DNA of 64,000 nucleotides. Origin: Macrostomum lignano (Eukaryota). The stretch is taken from positions 1-64,000 of the forward strand of contig NIVC01003305.1 of assembly GCA_002269645.1 (NCBI GenBank). Direction: 5' to 3'. Positions within the stretch are counted from its first letter, which is position 1; every line of letters begins with the position of its first letter. Both the position numbers and the translations under genes were made by a program. The notes beneath the pieces are model-generated. The model saw only the letters and a program-made list of their open reading frames with translations, was not told the DNA's origin and made no database searches. This document shows, in pieces, positions 35,424 through 48,144 of this stretch.

Positions 35424-36647
35424 GCCGCGGCTTCAGTTCGGAGATTCTAGCAAATCTGGCAACGAGTCCTGGTGGGGATGGTGAAGAGCTGGGGTTAGCC
35501 TGTTTAATTCCTGCCTGGCCTCTGGCTGTGACAATCCTAGAAAAGAGGGGTTTGAGAGAGCAAGACAGACAGCTACGAGCAGGGAAGGTGCGGTGAATCA
35601 TACATAGCCCAGGATGGGGCAGAAAAGCCACGCCAAGATCGAACCAATGGCGGATGGATTTGAGAAAGAGGACTGAACTAGCAAACATCCCTCACCCCGC
35701 TCAGGACAGAAGAGTTGAGCTGAGAACATAATGTGTGGAAAAAATAACTGGGTGCAGAGCCAGCCAGCATCTGATGGGGAGGAGCAAAATATGCATGCAA
35801 CAGAGCGCAATAGCAAATTTAAGTCAGTTACTTCTTTTCAGCCACCGCAGGAGGGACCACAGTTTGTATTTTCATTCCGATTGTTCGTCAGAATAAACAC
35901 ACAGGCTGCATCTTCTCCCGATAAGAAGGAAACAATCTTGGAAACAATACTATGTTACTAACATCGAGAGCATGCCCTCTTAGTGCTTGGAAATTTATTG
36001 GCGTTGTTTTGTTAGGCCTATTTATAGAATTGTCTGTTTCTGGACAGTGTGACGTCAGTTTCTATTTTTAGGCACCCATTTAATCAATAGACGGCAATCA
36101 ATTCGTTGATAACACCACAGTGGAGCGCTTTAACAAATTAGAGAATTCTACTTTGGGATATGCAGTTATAGAATATAAAGTCCCGACTCAGCTTAACTGA
36201 TTTTTTAAAACTGATTAAATACAAAAGCCGCATTTCCTACTTATAAGTAGTGCTGAGCAAACGTTTCGAACAGATAATTTGCTTGTATTATGCCGATTAT
36301 TTCAAACAATTCGCTGGCATAAATATTTTACAATGAAATGCATTCGATCAGTAACCAATTTCTGAGCCGGGTGCCCCAGGGAAGCGACCCCGTTCAGTAG
36401 CGCAAGGAAGTCAGTGTTGGCGGCGCGGGCTGAAGAGCTGCATCGAGAGCAATCAAGTGAATCCCTGGAGGCTTTTGTAGGCCAGCAGCGCTCGATCCAC
36501 CGCATGCAGCATTGACCCGGATTCGTAATATTACGAGTCTCCCATATCCTCTGATGAGTCGCGTCGTATTTTAGCGAATACCCGCGAGCCTGTTGCGTAA
36601 CACCAGCCCACCAAACAGCATCTCCGCAATCTCCCGGCCGCTCGCTC

Positions 36648-37022
36648 ATTCATGTTCACTCAGTCACTCTTCACTCCCACCTCTTCATTCATGTTCACTC
36701 AGTCACTCTTCACTCCCACCTCTTCATTCATGTTCACTCAGTCACTCTTCACTCCCACCTCTTTATTCATGTTAACTCAGTCACTCTTCACTCCCACCTC
36801 TTCATTCATGTTCACTCAGTCACTCTTCACTCCCACCTCTTTATTCATGTTAACTCAGTCACTCTTCACTCCCACCTCTTCATTCATGTTCACTCAGTCA
36901 CTCTTTACTCCCACCTCTTCATTCATGTTCACTCAGTCACTCTTTACTCCCACCTCTTCATTCATGTTCACTCAGTCACTCTTCACTCCCACCTCTTCAT
37001 TCATGTTCACTCAGTCACTCTT
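36648..37022. repeat. 39-bp minisatellite (TCATGTTCACTCAGTCACTCTTCACTCCCACCTCTTCAT)
   Basis: About 9-10 tandem units. Confidence 0.95.
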
Positions 37023-37781
37023 TACAAATTCATTCTTCCTATCCTACCAGTTTCTATCAATCACTCCATACGCGATTTCCTACGTTTCCACTTGTAGTTT
37101 GTAATCATAATTTATTTCGTCAATAAAACGCAGGCGATGTTTTGCTTCCCTGGTTTTTCGTTCTTCCTTGTATCAAGTAGGGCTTCAAGCACCGGCATGG
37201 GGTGCTTGCCGGTCTTACAGAGGCCACACAGGGCGGCCTGCAGCCATGCAATGAGGCGCTGCACTCGCTATTCGACCGGCATAGGGATCCCGGACAGGGA
37301 AGGGGGCAAAGTGGGGAGAATCCGGGAGGGGAAGACAGACTTGGGAGGTTGGGGCGAGTATGGCGGAGGAGAGCGAAGGATTGGAGGAGCTTATCTACCC
37401 GTTCCGCAGCAGATGCCGAGGTGCTCGGAGGGCGCTGGTTGAGGCCGCTGAAAGCAGATCGCTGGAATGTCTTTAAATGATGAAGCCGGGTTCCATCCGC
37501 TCGGATTTCGATGACGAGGCCCTGCATTTGCCAGTGAGATCAGCAACTGATTTTTCTCTCAGCGAGCATCTGAGTCGAATTTGATATCCTGAAAATGATT
37601 GGGAATCGGCGTAGTGACTGACAACTTGAGTTAAAACTGAAGGGCTTTGGTATTTTAATTTTATATTCAACGGTCATAAATATAACTTGAAGAAGTTCGC
37701 CAGTTGCAGAACTTCAGCCCCATCATATCTCAGATCGCAATCCAGAACTGAGCAGAAAGAAGAGCTTGAAAGACAGAGAGA

Positions 37782-37782
37782 A

Positions 37783-37831
<49 letters not shown>

Positions 37832-38204
37832 GGCAGACAGACAGACAGACAGGCAGACAGACAGACAGACAGACTGACTGACTGACTGACTGACTGACTG
37901 ACTGACTGACTGACTGACTGACTGACTGACTGACTGACTGACTGACTGACTGACTGACTGACTGACTGACTGACTGACTGACTGACTGACTGACTGACTG
38001 ACTGACTGACTGACTGACTGACTGACTGACTGACTGACTGACTGACTGACTGACTGACTGACTGACTGACTGACTGACTGACTGACTGACTGACTGACTG
38101 ACTGACTGACTGACTGACTGACTGACTGACTGACTGACTGACTGACTGACTGACTGACTGACTGACTGACTGACTGACTGACTGACTGACTGACTGACTG
38201 ACTG
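37782..38204. repeat. Compound microsatellite (GACA)n then (GACT)n
   Basis: Directly visible. Confidence 0.97.
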
Positions 38205-38934
38205 AAAAGTAATGAGTGACACCCGTAATGATCACAAGAAGCCCCGTCAAAGCTCTGAGAGTGCTGCACCCATCGCGAACAAGCACCCATAAGCAGTGGC
38301 GAATGAGTTAAATAAGCAGAAAAGAGGATAAAAGACTCTTGCGTTTCCCGTTTCCACCCACCTCCGCTGCTCCCTATTCCCCTGAACTGATTCGCAGATC
38401 CTCTTGCATCCTCTCGCCCTATTTTTCACCGAGAGACCCGCAACAGTCTGGGGATAATCAATCTTAGTTACCGGGGCAGTCCCCGCTTCCCTGCTTTCGG
38501 ACCCTGAGCTGCCCCTCTTTTTCCCCTTGCTCCCCTCCCCCCAATCTCCCCACCATCCCCTCCGCGTCCCTCACCCCGTCAGGGCCTTCCGCTTCCTTCT
38601 CTTTTCGTTCGCGGCCTTCTCATTAATACGCATGGCCTGTCTTCAACTCCCCTCCATCCCCGGACCCCCGCTGTGCCGCGCTGCTCTGAGAGAGCCGCCA
38701 ACCCCAACCGGACCCTGCTGGAGTCGGCTTGAGAAACTTTCTCCATCTCCCCCCCCCAATTGCCGACGCTCCGTCTCTTTTATTCTGTCCGATTTTTGTC
38801 TTCTTGCGTCTCTCGCCGTCTCAGTGATATCACCGCCTCTCTGTCTGCGGCTACTTTCATCTCTCTCATCTCACCGATTCTTTAATTTCTAGGCGTCTCC
38901 TTCTCTCGCGTTCTCTCCTTTTACAACTTTGTTT

Positions 38935-39450
38935 CCTACTCTACTTCTCTTTACTTCTACTCTACTTCTCTCTCCCTCTACTCTACTTCTCTCTCCCTCT
39001 ACTCTACTTCCCTCTCTCCCTCTGCTCTACTTCTCTCTCCCTCAACTTTTCCTTTCCCACCCTCCACTCCCCTTCTCTCTCCCTCTACTCTACTTCTCTC
39101 TCCCTCTACTCTACTTCTCTCTCCCTCTTCTCTACTTCCCTCTCTCCCTCTGCTCTACTTCTCTCTCCCTTTACTCTACTTCTCTCTCCCTCTACTCTAC
39201 TTCCCTCTCTCCCTCTGCTCTACTTCTCTCTCCCTCAACTTTTTCCTTTCCCACCCTCCACTCCCCTTTTCTCTCCCTCTACTCTACTTCTCTCTCCCTC
39301 TACTCTACTTCTCTCTCCCCCTATTCTACTTCTCTCTCCCTCTGCTATACTTCTCTCTCCCCCTACTCTACTTTTCTCCCCGTCTACTTTTCCTTTCCCA
39401 CCCTCCATTCCCCTTCTCTCTCCCTGTACTCCCTTTTTCTCTCCCTCTAC
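38935..39450. repeat. CT-rich about 21-bp repeat (CTCTCCCTCTACTCTACTTCT)
   Basis: Directly visible. Confidence 0.85.
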
Positions 39451-40067
39451 TCTCCCTGTCTTCTACAATTCGAACTAAATTTCGCGCCTCAATACAACAG
39501 TTGCAATGCAGGTACCCTGTGCTGTGTCTTACAATGCCTACAATTTACAAAAAATACGAATTTCAGCGGCAGAAATCTATTAGCACAGCCTGGCAAACCG
39601 CCCCTGATCCCCACTTGGTGTTTTCCACAGTTGTTCCCTAATAGCGCCCCAATAACCTGCCTCTCTGTCCCGCGCCAACCCCGCCTCGCTTCTTTAAACA
39701 CCGGAAGAAAAGGGAGCCCGTTCGCTTTGGGGGGGGGGGTTGGCGATTCTTTTAGTAATGGAAGAGAGGAACTGGAAAACGGAGTGATCCCCATGCTGCC
39801 CATGAACCGTAATCTTAGCCTGATCCCTATCGCTCTTTCAAGCCAGCCAGTTCCTAACCCAGCCCGCCCTCCAACTCTTTAATCCACTTTGCATTCAGCA
39901 GCAGACCTGGCTCTCCCATATGGCTGGCAGAAACTCCACCCCAACTCCCCTCTCAGCTGATAGGCAATACCAAAATACTGGGCACAACTGGGCTTGTGAG
40001 AGTCCATCTGCTGTCCTATAGACGCGTGTCAATAAGTGTGCTGCAACCGCTACAACTGTATTGCATC

Positions 40068-40192
40068 CTAACACCCTTACATCCTCACATCCTAACACCC
40101 TCACATCCTCACATCCTAACACCCTCACATCCTCACATCCTAACACCCTCACATCCTCACATCCTAACACCCTCACATCCTCACATCCTAAC
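40068..40192. repeat. 24-bp minisatellite (CACATCCTCACATCCTAACACCCT)
   Basis: About 5 units. Confidence 0.9.
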
Positions 40193-40256
40193 ACACTCTA
40201 TACATTAATTGTAGCATTCTAATCTATAAATATTTCTATTAGGTATTAGTTCCTAC

Positions 40257-40942
40257 TGTCTGTCCCAGTGTCTGTCTCAGTGTCTGTCCCAGTGTCTGTC
40301 TCAGTGTCTGTCCCAGTGTCTGTCCCAGTGTCTGTCCCAGTGTCTGTCTCAGTGTCTGTCTCAGTGTCTGTCTCAGTGCCTGTCTCATGTCTGTCTCAGT
40401 GTCTGTCCCAGTGTCTGTCTCAGTGTCTGTCTCAGTGTCTGTCTCAGTGTCTGTCTCAGTGTCTGTCTCAGTGTCTGTCCCAGTATCTGCCTCAGTGTCT
40501 GTCTCAGTGTCTGTCCCAGTGTCTGTCTCAGTGTCTGTCCCAGTGTCTGTCCCAGTGTCTGTCTCAGTGCCTGTCTCATGTCTGTCTCAGTGTCTGTTTC
40601 AGTGTCTGTCTCAGTGTCTGTCTCAGTGTCTGTCTCAGTGTCTGTCTCAGTGTCTGTCTCAGTGTATGTCCCAGTGTCTGTCTCAGTGTCTGTCTCAGTG
40701 TCTGTCCCAGTGTCTGTCCCAGTGTCTGTCCCAGTGTCTGTCTCAGTGCCTGTCTCATGTCTGTCTCAGTGTCTGTCTCAGTGTCTGTCTCAGTGTCTGT
40801 CTCAGTGTCTGTCTCAGTGTCTGTCCCAGTGTCTGTCCCAGTGTCTGTCCCAGTGTCTGTCTCAGTGCCTGTCTCATGTCTGTCTCAGTGTCTGTCTCAG
40901 TGTCTGTCCCAGTGTCTGTCCCAGTGTCTGTCTCAGTGTCTA
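40257..40942. repeat. 12-bp minisatellite (CAGTGTCTGTCT)
   Basis: Tandem units; reverse complement of the 46137-47436 array unit. Confidence 0.95.
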
Positions 40943-41458
40943 AGTGTCTTTGTGTCCGCCCGTCCATCTGTCTGTCCCCCTGTCCCCAGTCGATCCCATG
41001 CAGTTCCTATGCAACACCTACCTTTATCCCATCAATTGCTTTCATCATTCCCCAGGCAGTCAGGCCGTCAGTACGCCAGTCACGCGGCCCACAGAAGAGC
41101 TGCGACCACCCCCTGCTTTTCCTCTCCTCTGGACCGGCGCACCAGCACTGGTTTATCCCAGGATGGGGTCTTCAGACCTCGAAGCGCATCTTCTTCAAGT
41201 ATTCCTTTGCTTAACTTTTCCCTCCAGGATTTTCTGCCCTCCAGCCGTGGCCGCCGCGTCTTTAATACACCCCACGAACCGCAGCCTGAGAAAGCAACCA
41301 GAGCGGCAGGCATGAACTGGGGGACCGGCACTGCACGGGCCTGGTGAGTGGCCCCACAAGGAGACAGGAAAAAATAAAGCTCTGCTCTCCAAGCGGTGAA
41401 GCTGATACTGAGATTCTTTAATATTTTCGTACGTGCAGTGTGGAAATAACTCAATGAG

Positions 41459-42252
41459 ATGATCAGATCCCGATGGGATGAGCACCTGTGGGAACACGGG
41501 ATCAGATCCCGATAGGATGAGCATCTGTGGGAACACGGGATCAGATCCCGATAGGATGAGCATCTGTGGGAACACGGGATCAGATCCCGATAGGATGAGC
41601 ATCTGTGGGAACACGGGATCAGATCCCGATAGGATGAGCATCTGTGGGAACACGGGATCAGATCCCGATAGGATGAGCATCTGTGGGAACACGGGATCAG
41701 ATCCCGATAGGATGAGCATCTGTGGGAACACGGGATCAGATCCCGATAGGATGAGCACCTGTGGGAACACGGGATCAGATCCCGATAGGATGAGCACCTG
41801 TGGGAACACGGGATCAGATCCCGATAGGATGAGCACCTGTGGGAACACGGGATCAGATCCCGATAGGATGAGCACCTGTGGGAACACGGGATCAGATCCC
41901 GATGGGATGAGCACCTGTGGGAACACGGGATCAGATCCCGATAGGATGAGCACCTGTGGGAACACGGGATCAGATCCCGATAGGATGAGCACCTGTGGGA
42001 ACACGGGATCAGATCCCGATAGGATGAGCACCTGTGGGAACACGGGATCAGATCCCGATAGGATGAGCACCTGTGGGAACACGGGATCAGATCCCGATAG
42101 GATGAGCACCTGTGGGAACACGGGATCAGATCCCGATGGGATGAGCACCTGTGGGAACACGGGATCAGATCCCAATGGGATGAGCACCTGTGGGAACACG
42201 GGATCAGATCCCGATAGGATGAGCACCTGTGGGAACACGGGATCAGATCCCA
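41459..42252. repeat. 39-bp minisatellite (GATCAGATCCCGATAGGATGAGCACCTGTGGGAACACGG)
   Basis: About 20 highly homogeneous units. Confidence 0.97.
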
Positions 42253-42844
42253 GTACTGCATTCTGGAGCAGGGATTAGAGACACACGAGTAGAACACCAA
42301 CACAGAAAACAGAAAACCAAATTCAGTAATGAGTCACACATTACAATTGTCAAACAAGTGGGTAGTCAGTTATTAATTTCAAATATTTTTACACAGCTTG
42401 TTGACAGTAGAGCAGCAGACACGGAAGAAAAGAAGCAACAAATAAAGCAGATTAGAATTGTTTGTTTTAATATGCAACACAAATATTTGTACAAACCAAA
42501 AGTGTCTGAGTAATATGGTTATAGCAATAGTAATAATAATAGAATAATAATATCAAGTGCGTGAAAGTGTCTAACTAAAATCAGTGCTCATTTATTATGA
42601 TAAAGTTTTATTGGGGCCAATCGGGCAGCGGGACATCACTGCCGCTCTCACGCACTCGGACCGCTGACTCGCACAGCTCGCTGAGTCATCCTTGGTTGAG
42701 TTCAGGTTGAGCAGCAGCTGAGATTGCCGTCCTCACTGCCGATTGGGGGGCCGCGCGTGCAAGCCTCACTTTGGAATGGGTGGGAAGGCCGCTGAAATGA
42801 GATCGCCGGGTGGCTTGTCAGCTGTCAGCTTCATCCTATGTATA

Positions 42845-43245
42845 TTCCCACTCTAGCTATCTCGTTTCTCTTATATCTATTTCCTTATCTCTATTCTCAC
42901 CCTATCTATCTCATTTCTCTAATCTCTATTCCCTTATCTCTATTCTCACCCTATCTATCTCATTTCTCTAATCTCTTATATCTATTCCCTTATCTCTATT
43001 CTCACCCTATCTATCTCATTTCTCTAATCTCTTATATCTATTCCCTTATCTCTATTCTCACCCTATATATCTCATTTTTCTTATCTCCATTCTCACCCTA
43101 TCTATCTCCTTTCTCCTATCTCTATTCTCACCCTATATCTATCTCATCTCATTTTTCTTATATCTATTCTCAACGTATCTCATCTCCTTTCTCCTATCTC
43201 TATTCACACCCTATCTATCTCATTTCTCCAATCCATCTCATTTCT
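42845..43245. repeat. Degenerate CT/AT-rich repeat (CTATCTATCTCATTTCTC...CTCTATTCTCACC)
   Basis: Recurring blocks of about 55 bp. Confidence 0.8.
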
Positions 43246-43458
43246 TGATCTACCCTCATCACATGGACTCCATCAAAGTCTCAAGGAAGTGGCCAATAGC
43301 GGAGCTCATCCTAAAGCGGCATGATAAGCCATCGAAGATGTCAAAACTGCTCTCATACAGGGGGGAGAGGGGACACCGGGCGGTGACCTCGAAGTCAAGT
43401 GGCCCCGCGGCAGCCGGGGTTTGCCACTCGCATGCCCGGCTCCCGACCGCCTCCTCCC

Positions 43459-43691
43459 TCACATCCGGCCGCTCGCCCAGACACTGAGGCAGGCCGTCTG
43501 GAGGCTGGGTCGGGGCTGAGGCCCAACCAAATATAAGATGCAGACGGAGGAACTGAGAACAAGGCGGAAGCCCTCGCCGCGTTTGAGAGGGAGAGAGGGA
43601 AATCCCATTGAGGACTGATGCAGCTGCATCGATGCGGCTCTCGGGAGTCTGGGTGATGCAGAAGAGGCGATGTGGGAGGATGAAGAGGCCT
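43459..43691 (-). CDS. Possible terminal exon of the ZNF608/609-like gene
   Basis: ttttgcag acceptor compatible with the phase-1 donor at 44149, open to a stop at 43459. No recognisable homology. Confidence 0.25.
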
Positions 43692-44072
43692 CTGCAAAAA
43701 CTAGAAAGGGGAGGAGGGAGCCAGCAGCTTGCCGGGCAATCATGCGAGCATTAGGGGAGAGACGGAGAGGGAGAGGTCTAAGAAGGCCTGCCATGCCCCC
43801 CCCCCTAATCTCAGAGCGCTGAGCCGGAGTGAGGAGCGGAGAATGGGAAGCCTTGATGCCACCTCACACTCCCACTGTGACACGCATCCCAAAACCGCAG
43901 CAATGCCTTACACAGAGGCAGTTGCAGCGCATTCAGTGAGAAGGCCTGTGTTTGTGTTTGCCGGGAGAAGTGATGAGGGAGCCCCGCTTCTGCAATGGAA
44001 ACTAAACAAGCAATCAATATCTCACAGAGTGAGTGAGAGCTGGGGATGAGCGCTGCGGGTGGTTCGGCTGCT

Positions 44073-44077
<5 letters not shown>

Positions 44078-44139
<62 letters not shown>
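44078..44139. repeat. (CT)n microsatellite
   Basis: Directly visible. Confidence 0.95.
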
Positions 44140-44144
<5 letters not shown>

Positions 44145-44149
44145 CTCAC

Positions 44150-44551
44150 CGTGGTGAAACCCGCCAACAAAGCCAGCAAACGGGTCGGCTGGGTACGGGG
44201 CTGGCGGAGGACCAGGCGGCAGAAACTGCGGCGGCGGCGGCTGCGGAGCCCCACTGCCCGTGCTGGCCGAGGAGCCGCCACCAATGGGAAATCCGGTCCC
44301 CGCGGAGGAAGAGACGGCGGCAGCGGCAGCCGCGGCCGCGGCGAAGGCGGCCTCCATAAAGCGGAGCTGCTCGAGCTCGTACAGCTTTCTGGGGTCGGCG
44401 GGAGGCCAGTAGAGCTGATGGGGCGGGAGCGGCGGCTGCGGCTGCGGCGGCTGAGGAAGGAGGCTGGCCACAGATGTTGGTGGGGGATCAGCCTTTGGCG
44501 ACTGTGGAGGCGGCGGGGGCGGCGGGGGTGCCACGGTAGTTCCGATGCACG

Positions 44552-44622
<71 letters not shown>

Positions 44623-45203
44623 GGATTCTTGGACCCGCCGGCCTCCCGCTGCTGCTGCTGACGCTTCGCTGCAGCCGAAACCGCTGGCTTCCGCTGCTCG
44701 GGACTTTGAACACGGGGTGCGGATCGGCGCCCCCTGAGGACTCGACGATGCCGTCGACGGCGTCTGCGGATCTGCAAGCGGTTGCGGAGGTGGCGGTGGC
44801 GGGCGCCTGCGTTCCGAGTGACAGTCGTTGTGGTGCCACTTCATGGCCAGCTCGTTGATGAATCGCTTGGAGCAGTCGGGATGAGGACAAGAGACTGGGA
44901 GAAGCTGCTGCTTGGTGGCAGCGCGGCTGTGCTGTGGCTGCTGCTGCGGCTGCGAGCGCCTCCGGTTGATGATGGCCCCGTTGGAGGCGGCGGCGGCCGC
45001 TGCTGCGGCTCGACGCTTTCGTCCAGTTGACGGAGGTGAAGATCGGTGAGTCTTCTGCTGCTGCTCTGCCTGCTGCTCCTGGCACTCCTGCTGCTGTTGC
45101 TGCTGTGCGCTTGGCTCAGAAGAGACCAGGTCGCGCTGAGACGAGTCTAGCAGGGTGCCAACGTAGGTTCGACCGCGCCAGGTGACGTTAACGACTAGCA
45201 TGC
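44150..45203 (-). CDS. ZNF608: ZNF608/609 (scribbler/brakeless)-like protein, exon 3 with atypical C2H2 finger and polyQ (frame disruption near 44.7 kb)
   Basis: GMLVVNVTWRGRTYVGTLLDS and CPHPDCSKRFINELAMKWHHNDCH (cf. ZNF608 [24 protein letters not shown]). The later polyQ/Pro-rich part lies in another frame and ends at g|gtgaga (44149). Confidence 0.8.
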
Positions 45204-45221
45204 CTGCAGTGCCAGATGCGA

Positions 45222-45548
45222 GATGAGTATGGGTGAGATGAGTATGGGTGAGATGAGTATGGGTGAGGTGAGTATGGGTGAGATGAGTATGGTGAGGTGA
45301 GCATGGGTGAGATGAGTATGGGTGAGGTGAGTATGGGTGAGATGAGTATGGTGAGGTGAGCATGGGTGAGATGAGTATGGGTGAGGTGAGTATGGGTGAG
45401 ATGAGTATGGTGAGGTGAGCATGGGTGAGATGAGTATGGGTGAGATGAATGGGGTGAGATGAGTGTGGTGAGATGAGTGGGGTGAGATGAATGGGGTGAG
45501 ATGAGTGGGGTGAGATGAGTGGGGTGAGATGAGTGAGATGAGATGAGT
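45222..45548. repeat. About 15-bp minisatellite (GAGATGAGTATGGGT)
   Basis: Tandem units next to the exon 3 acceptor. Confidence 0.9.
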
Positions 45549-46136
45549 CAATGGTGATGGCCGATCAGGGGCCAGAGGAAATCGAGTTATTCAACCAGAA
45601 TCGCCTAGCCGGCCACATGGGCCTCAGCGGCAGGGTTGCAAGATCGGCAAGCAGCGCAAAGAGCCCCCCCCCCGGCTGACAGCGCATTCGATATCAGACT
45701 AATCTGTGCCCCGGTGCACCGATCGATAAGAGGGCCTGCGCACCCACCAGTGCTGTCAATGTGGAAACCATGTTTTAACTCCTTAACTTGCTTCAACTAC
45801 CGCCCGGTGTGTTATCGCGGCCAGGCAGCAACCCCCTCCGCCTCCCGCCTCTGCAGGAGGTCGTAAATAATTAATTAGGGCGCGCTGAGCCGACAACAGA
45901 TTAAGATGCAGACAGCGACGAGAGGGAGGAAGTTAGGGAGGTAGCCAGGGCCTCTCAAGCAGGTATTGGTGGAGGCGCAAGTGCTTGCTAAACGAATTTG
46001 CTGTGCCGTCGGCCGGTTGGTGAAATTGCATTTGGATTGACTTTTAGCGCTTACCAGTGCGCAAGATCAGAGCTGGATTCAAATTATTGCCTGCCAGCTT
46101 AGTTTAGTTTAGAGAGGAAAGGAGATTAATGATACT

Positions 46137-47436
46137 CTGGCAGACACTGAGACAGACACTGAGACAGACACTGAGACAGACACTGAGACAGACACTGAGA
46201 CACACACTGAGACAGACACTGAGACAGACACTGAGACAGACACTGAGACAGACACTGAGACAGACACTGAAACAGACACTGAGACAGACACTGAAACAGA
46301 CACTGAAACGGACACTGAGACAGACACTGAGACAGACACTGAGACAGACACTGAGACAGACACTGAGACAGACATTGAGACAGACACTGAGACAGACACT
46401 GAGACAGACACTGAGACAGACACTGAGGCAGACACTGAGACAGACACTGAGACAGACATTGAGACAGACATTGAGACAGACATTGAGACAGACATTGAGA
46501 CAGACACTGGGACAGACACTGAGACAGACACTGAGGCAGACACTGAGACAGACACTGAGACAGACATTGAGACAGACATTGAGACAGACACTGAGACAGA
46601 CACTGAGACAGACATTGAGACAGACACTGAGACAGACACTGAGACAGACACTGAGGCAGACACTGAGACAGACACTGAGACAGGCACTGAGACAGACACT
46701 GAGACAGACACTGAGACAGACACTGAGACAGACACTGAGACAGACACTGAGACAGACACTGAGACAGACACTGAGACAGACACTGAGACAGACACTGAGG
46801 CAGACACTGAGACAGACACTGAGACAGGCACTGAGACAGACACTGAGACAGACATTGAGACAGACATTGAGACAGACACTGAGACAGACACTGAGACAGA
46901 CATTGAGACAGACACTGAGACAGACACTGAGACAGACACTGAGGCAGACACTGAGACAGACACTGAGACAGGCACTGAGACAGACACTGAGACAGACACT
47001 GAGACAGACACTGAGACAGACACTGAGACAGACACTGAGACAGACACTGAGACAGACACTGAGACAGACACTGAGACAGACACTGAGGCAGACACTGAGA
47101 CAGACACTGAGACAGGCACTGAGACAGACACTGAGGCAGACACTGAGACAGACACTGAGACAGGCACTGAGACAGACACTGAGACAGGCACTGAGACAGA
47201 CACTGAGACAGACACTGAGACAGACACTGAGACAGACACTGAGACAGACACTGAAACAGACACTGAGACAGACACTGAGACAGACACTGAGACAGACATT
47301 GAGACAGACACTGAAACAGACACTGAGACAGACATTGAGACAGACACTGAGACAGACACTGAGACAGACACTGAGACAGACACTGAGGCAGACACTGAGA
47401 CAGACACTGAGACAGACACTGGGACAGACACTGAGA
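46137..47436. repeat. 12-bp minisatellite (GACAGACACTGA)
   Basis: About 108 units in intron 2 of the ZNF608-like gene. Confidence 0.97.
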
Positions 47437-47893
47437 GAAAAGTAGCGCAGCAGCAGCAGCCATACCGGGCGCTAACGGGGGGACTGCATGGGCATTTGAT
47501 GTGGGCATTGAAGAAGACAGTTGCCGCGGTCCTTGAAAGGGAAGAGAGAAGGCCCGAGGCTCGCTGCCCACTTTCCAGTCGCCGTCACCCAGTCGGAATC
47601 CGAGGCCAAACCTGCCCGTCCCCGCCCCGGGTGTCCGATATTCTCGGCCATCGGCCGGTCAGCTGTTTGGATCTGATTCCTTCCCTTGCTGCGCCGGTGC
47701 CTCACTCTCGCTCCCAGTCTCCTCTCTTCCCCTCCCTTCACTCATTTCTCTCTATCCCTCGCCTGGTCTAAGTTGGGAATAATATACACACACTGCTGAC
47801 TGGAGTGGGCCCAGTTTAGATGAGCTCCACTAATCCTTTCCAGCAAATAATTTGAAACAGTCTTAACAGTTATTGTTAGTCACCACAGCTTAC

Positions 47894-48056
47894 CTGAGCC
47901 GGTCTCCAGCCATACAATGCCGTCAAGGTTAATATTGGTGCCTGGATCGCACGGGCCGAGGCACTCGGGCTCAATGTTGGTAGCCTTAGTTGTGCCCGAT
48001 GCTGCACTGACGGAGGCTGCTGGGTTGGCGGCGGCCTTCTTCATCTTTTTATTAGC
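47894..48056 (-). CDS. ZNF608: ZNF608/609-like protein, exon 2
   Basis: [24 protein letters not shown] matches ZNF608 [24 protein letters not shown]. Acceptor ccttttcag, donor gtaagc, phase 1. Confidence 0.92.
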
Positions 48057-48144
48057 CTGAAAAGGAATTTTAGCAGTAGTGAGTGCTGCATGCATGACTG
48101 CAGGTGTGTTCGCTGCTGAGCTTGTTCTTAACTGGTAATGCAGC

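Noticed and set aside
36368-36395. RT-like VPQGS motif
   Set aside because: A stop follows within a few codons and no other RT motifs are nearby.
36551-36590. Hammerhead ribozyme core (CTGATGAG...)
   Set aside because: No stem II followed by GAAA in register. CTGATGAG words in the 57.7-kb array also lack it.
41459-42252. CRISPR-like array (also considered for the 23-, 31- and 33-bp arrays)
   Set aside because: Units are head-to-tail with no unique spacers, there are no cas genes, and the context is eukaryotic.
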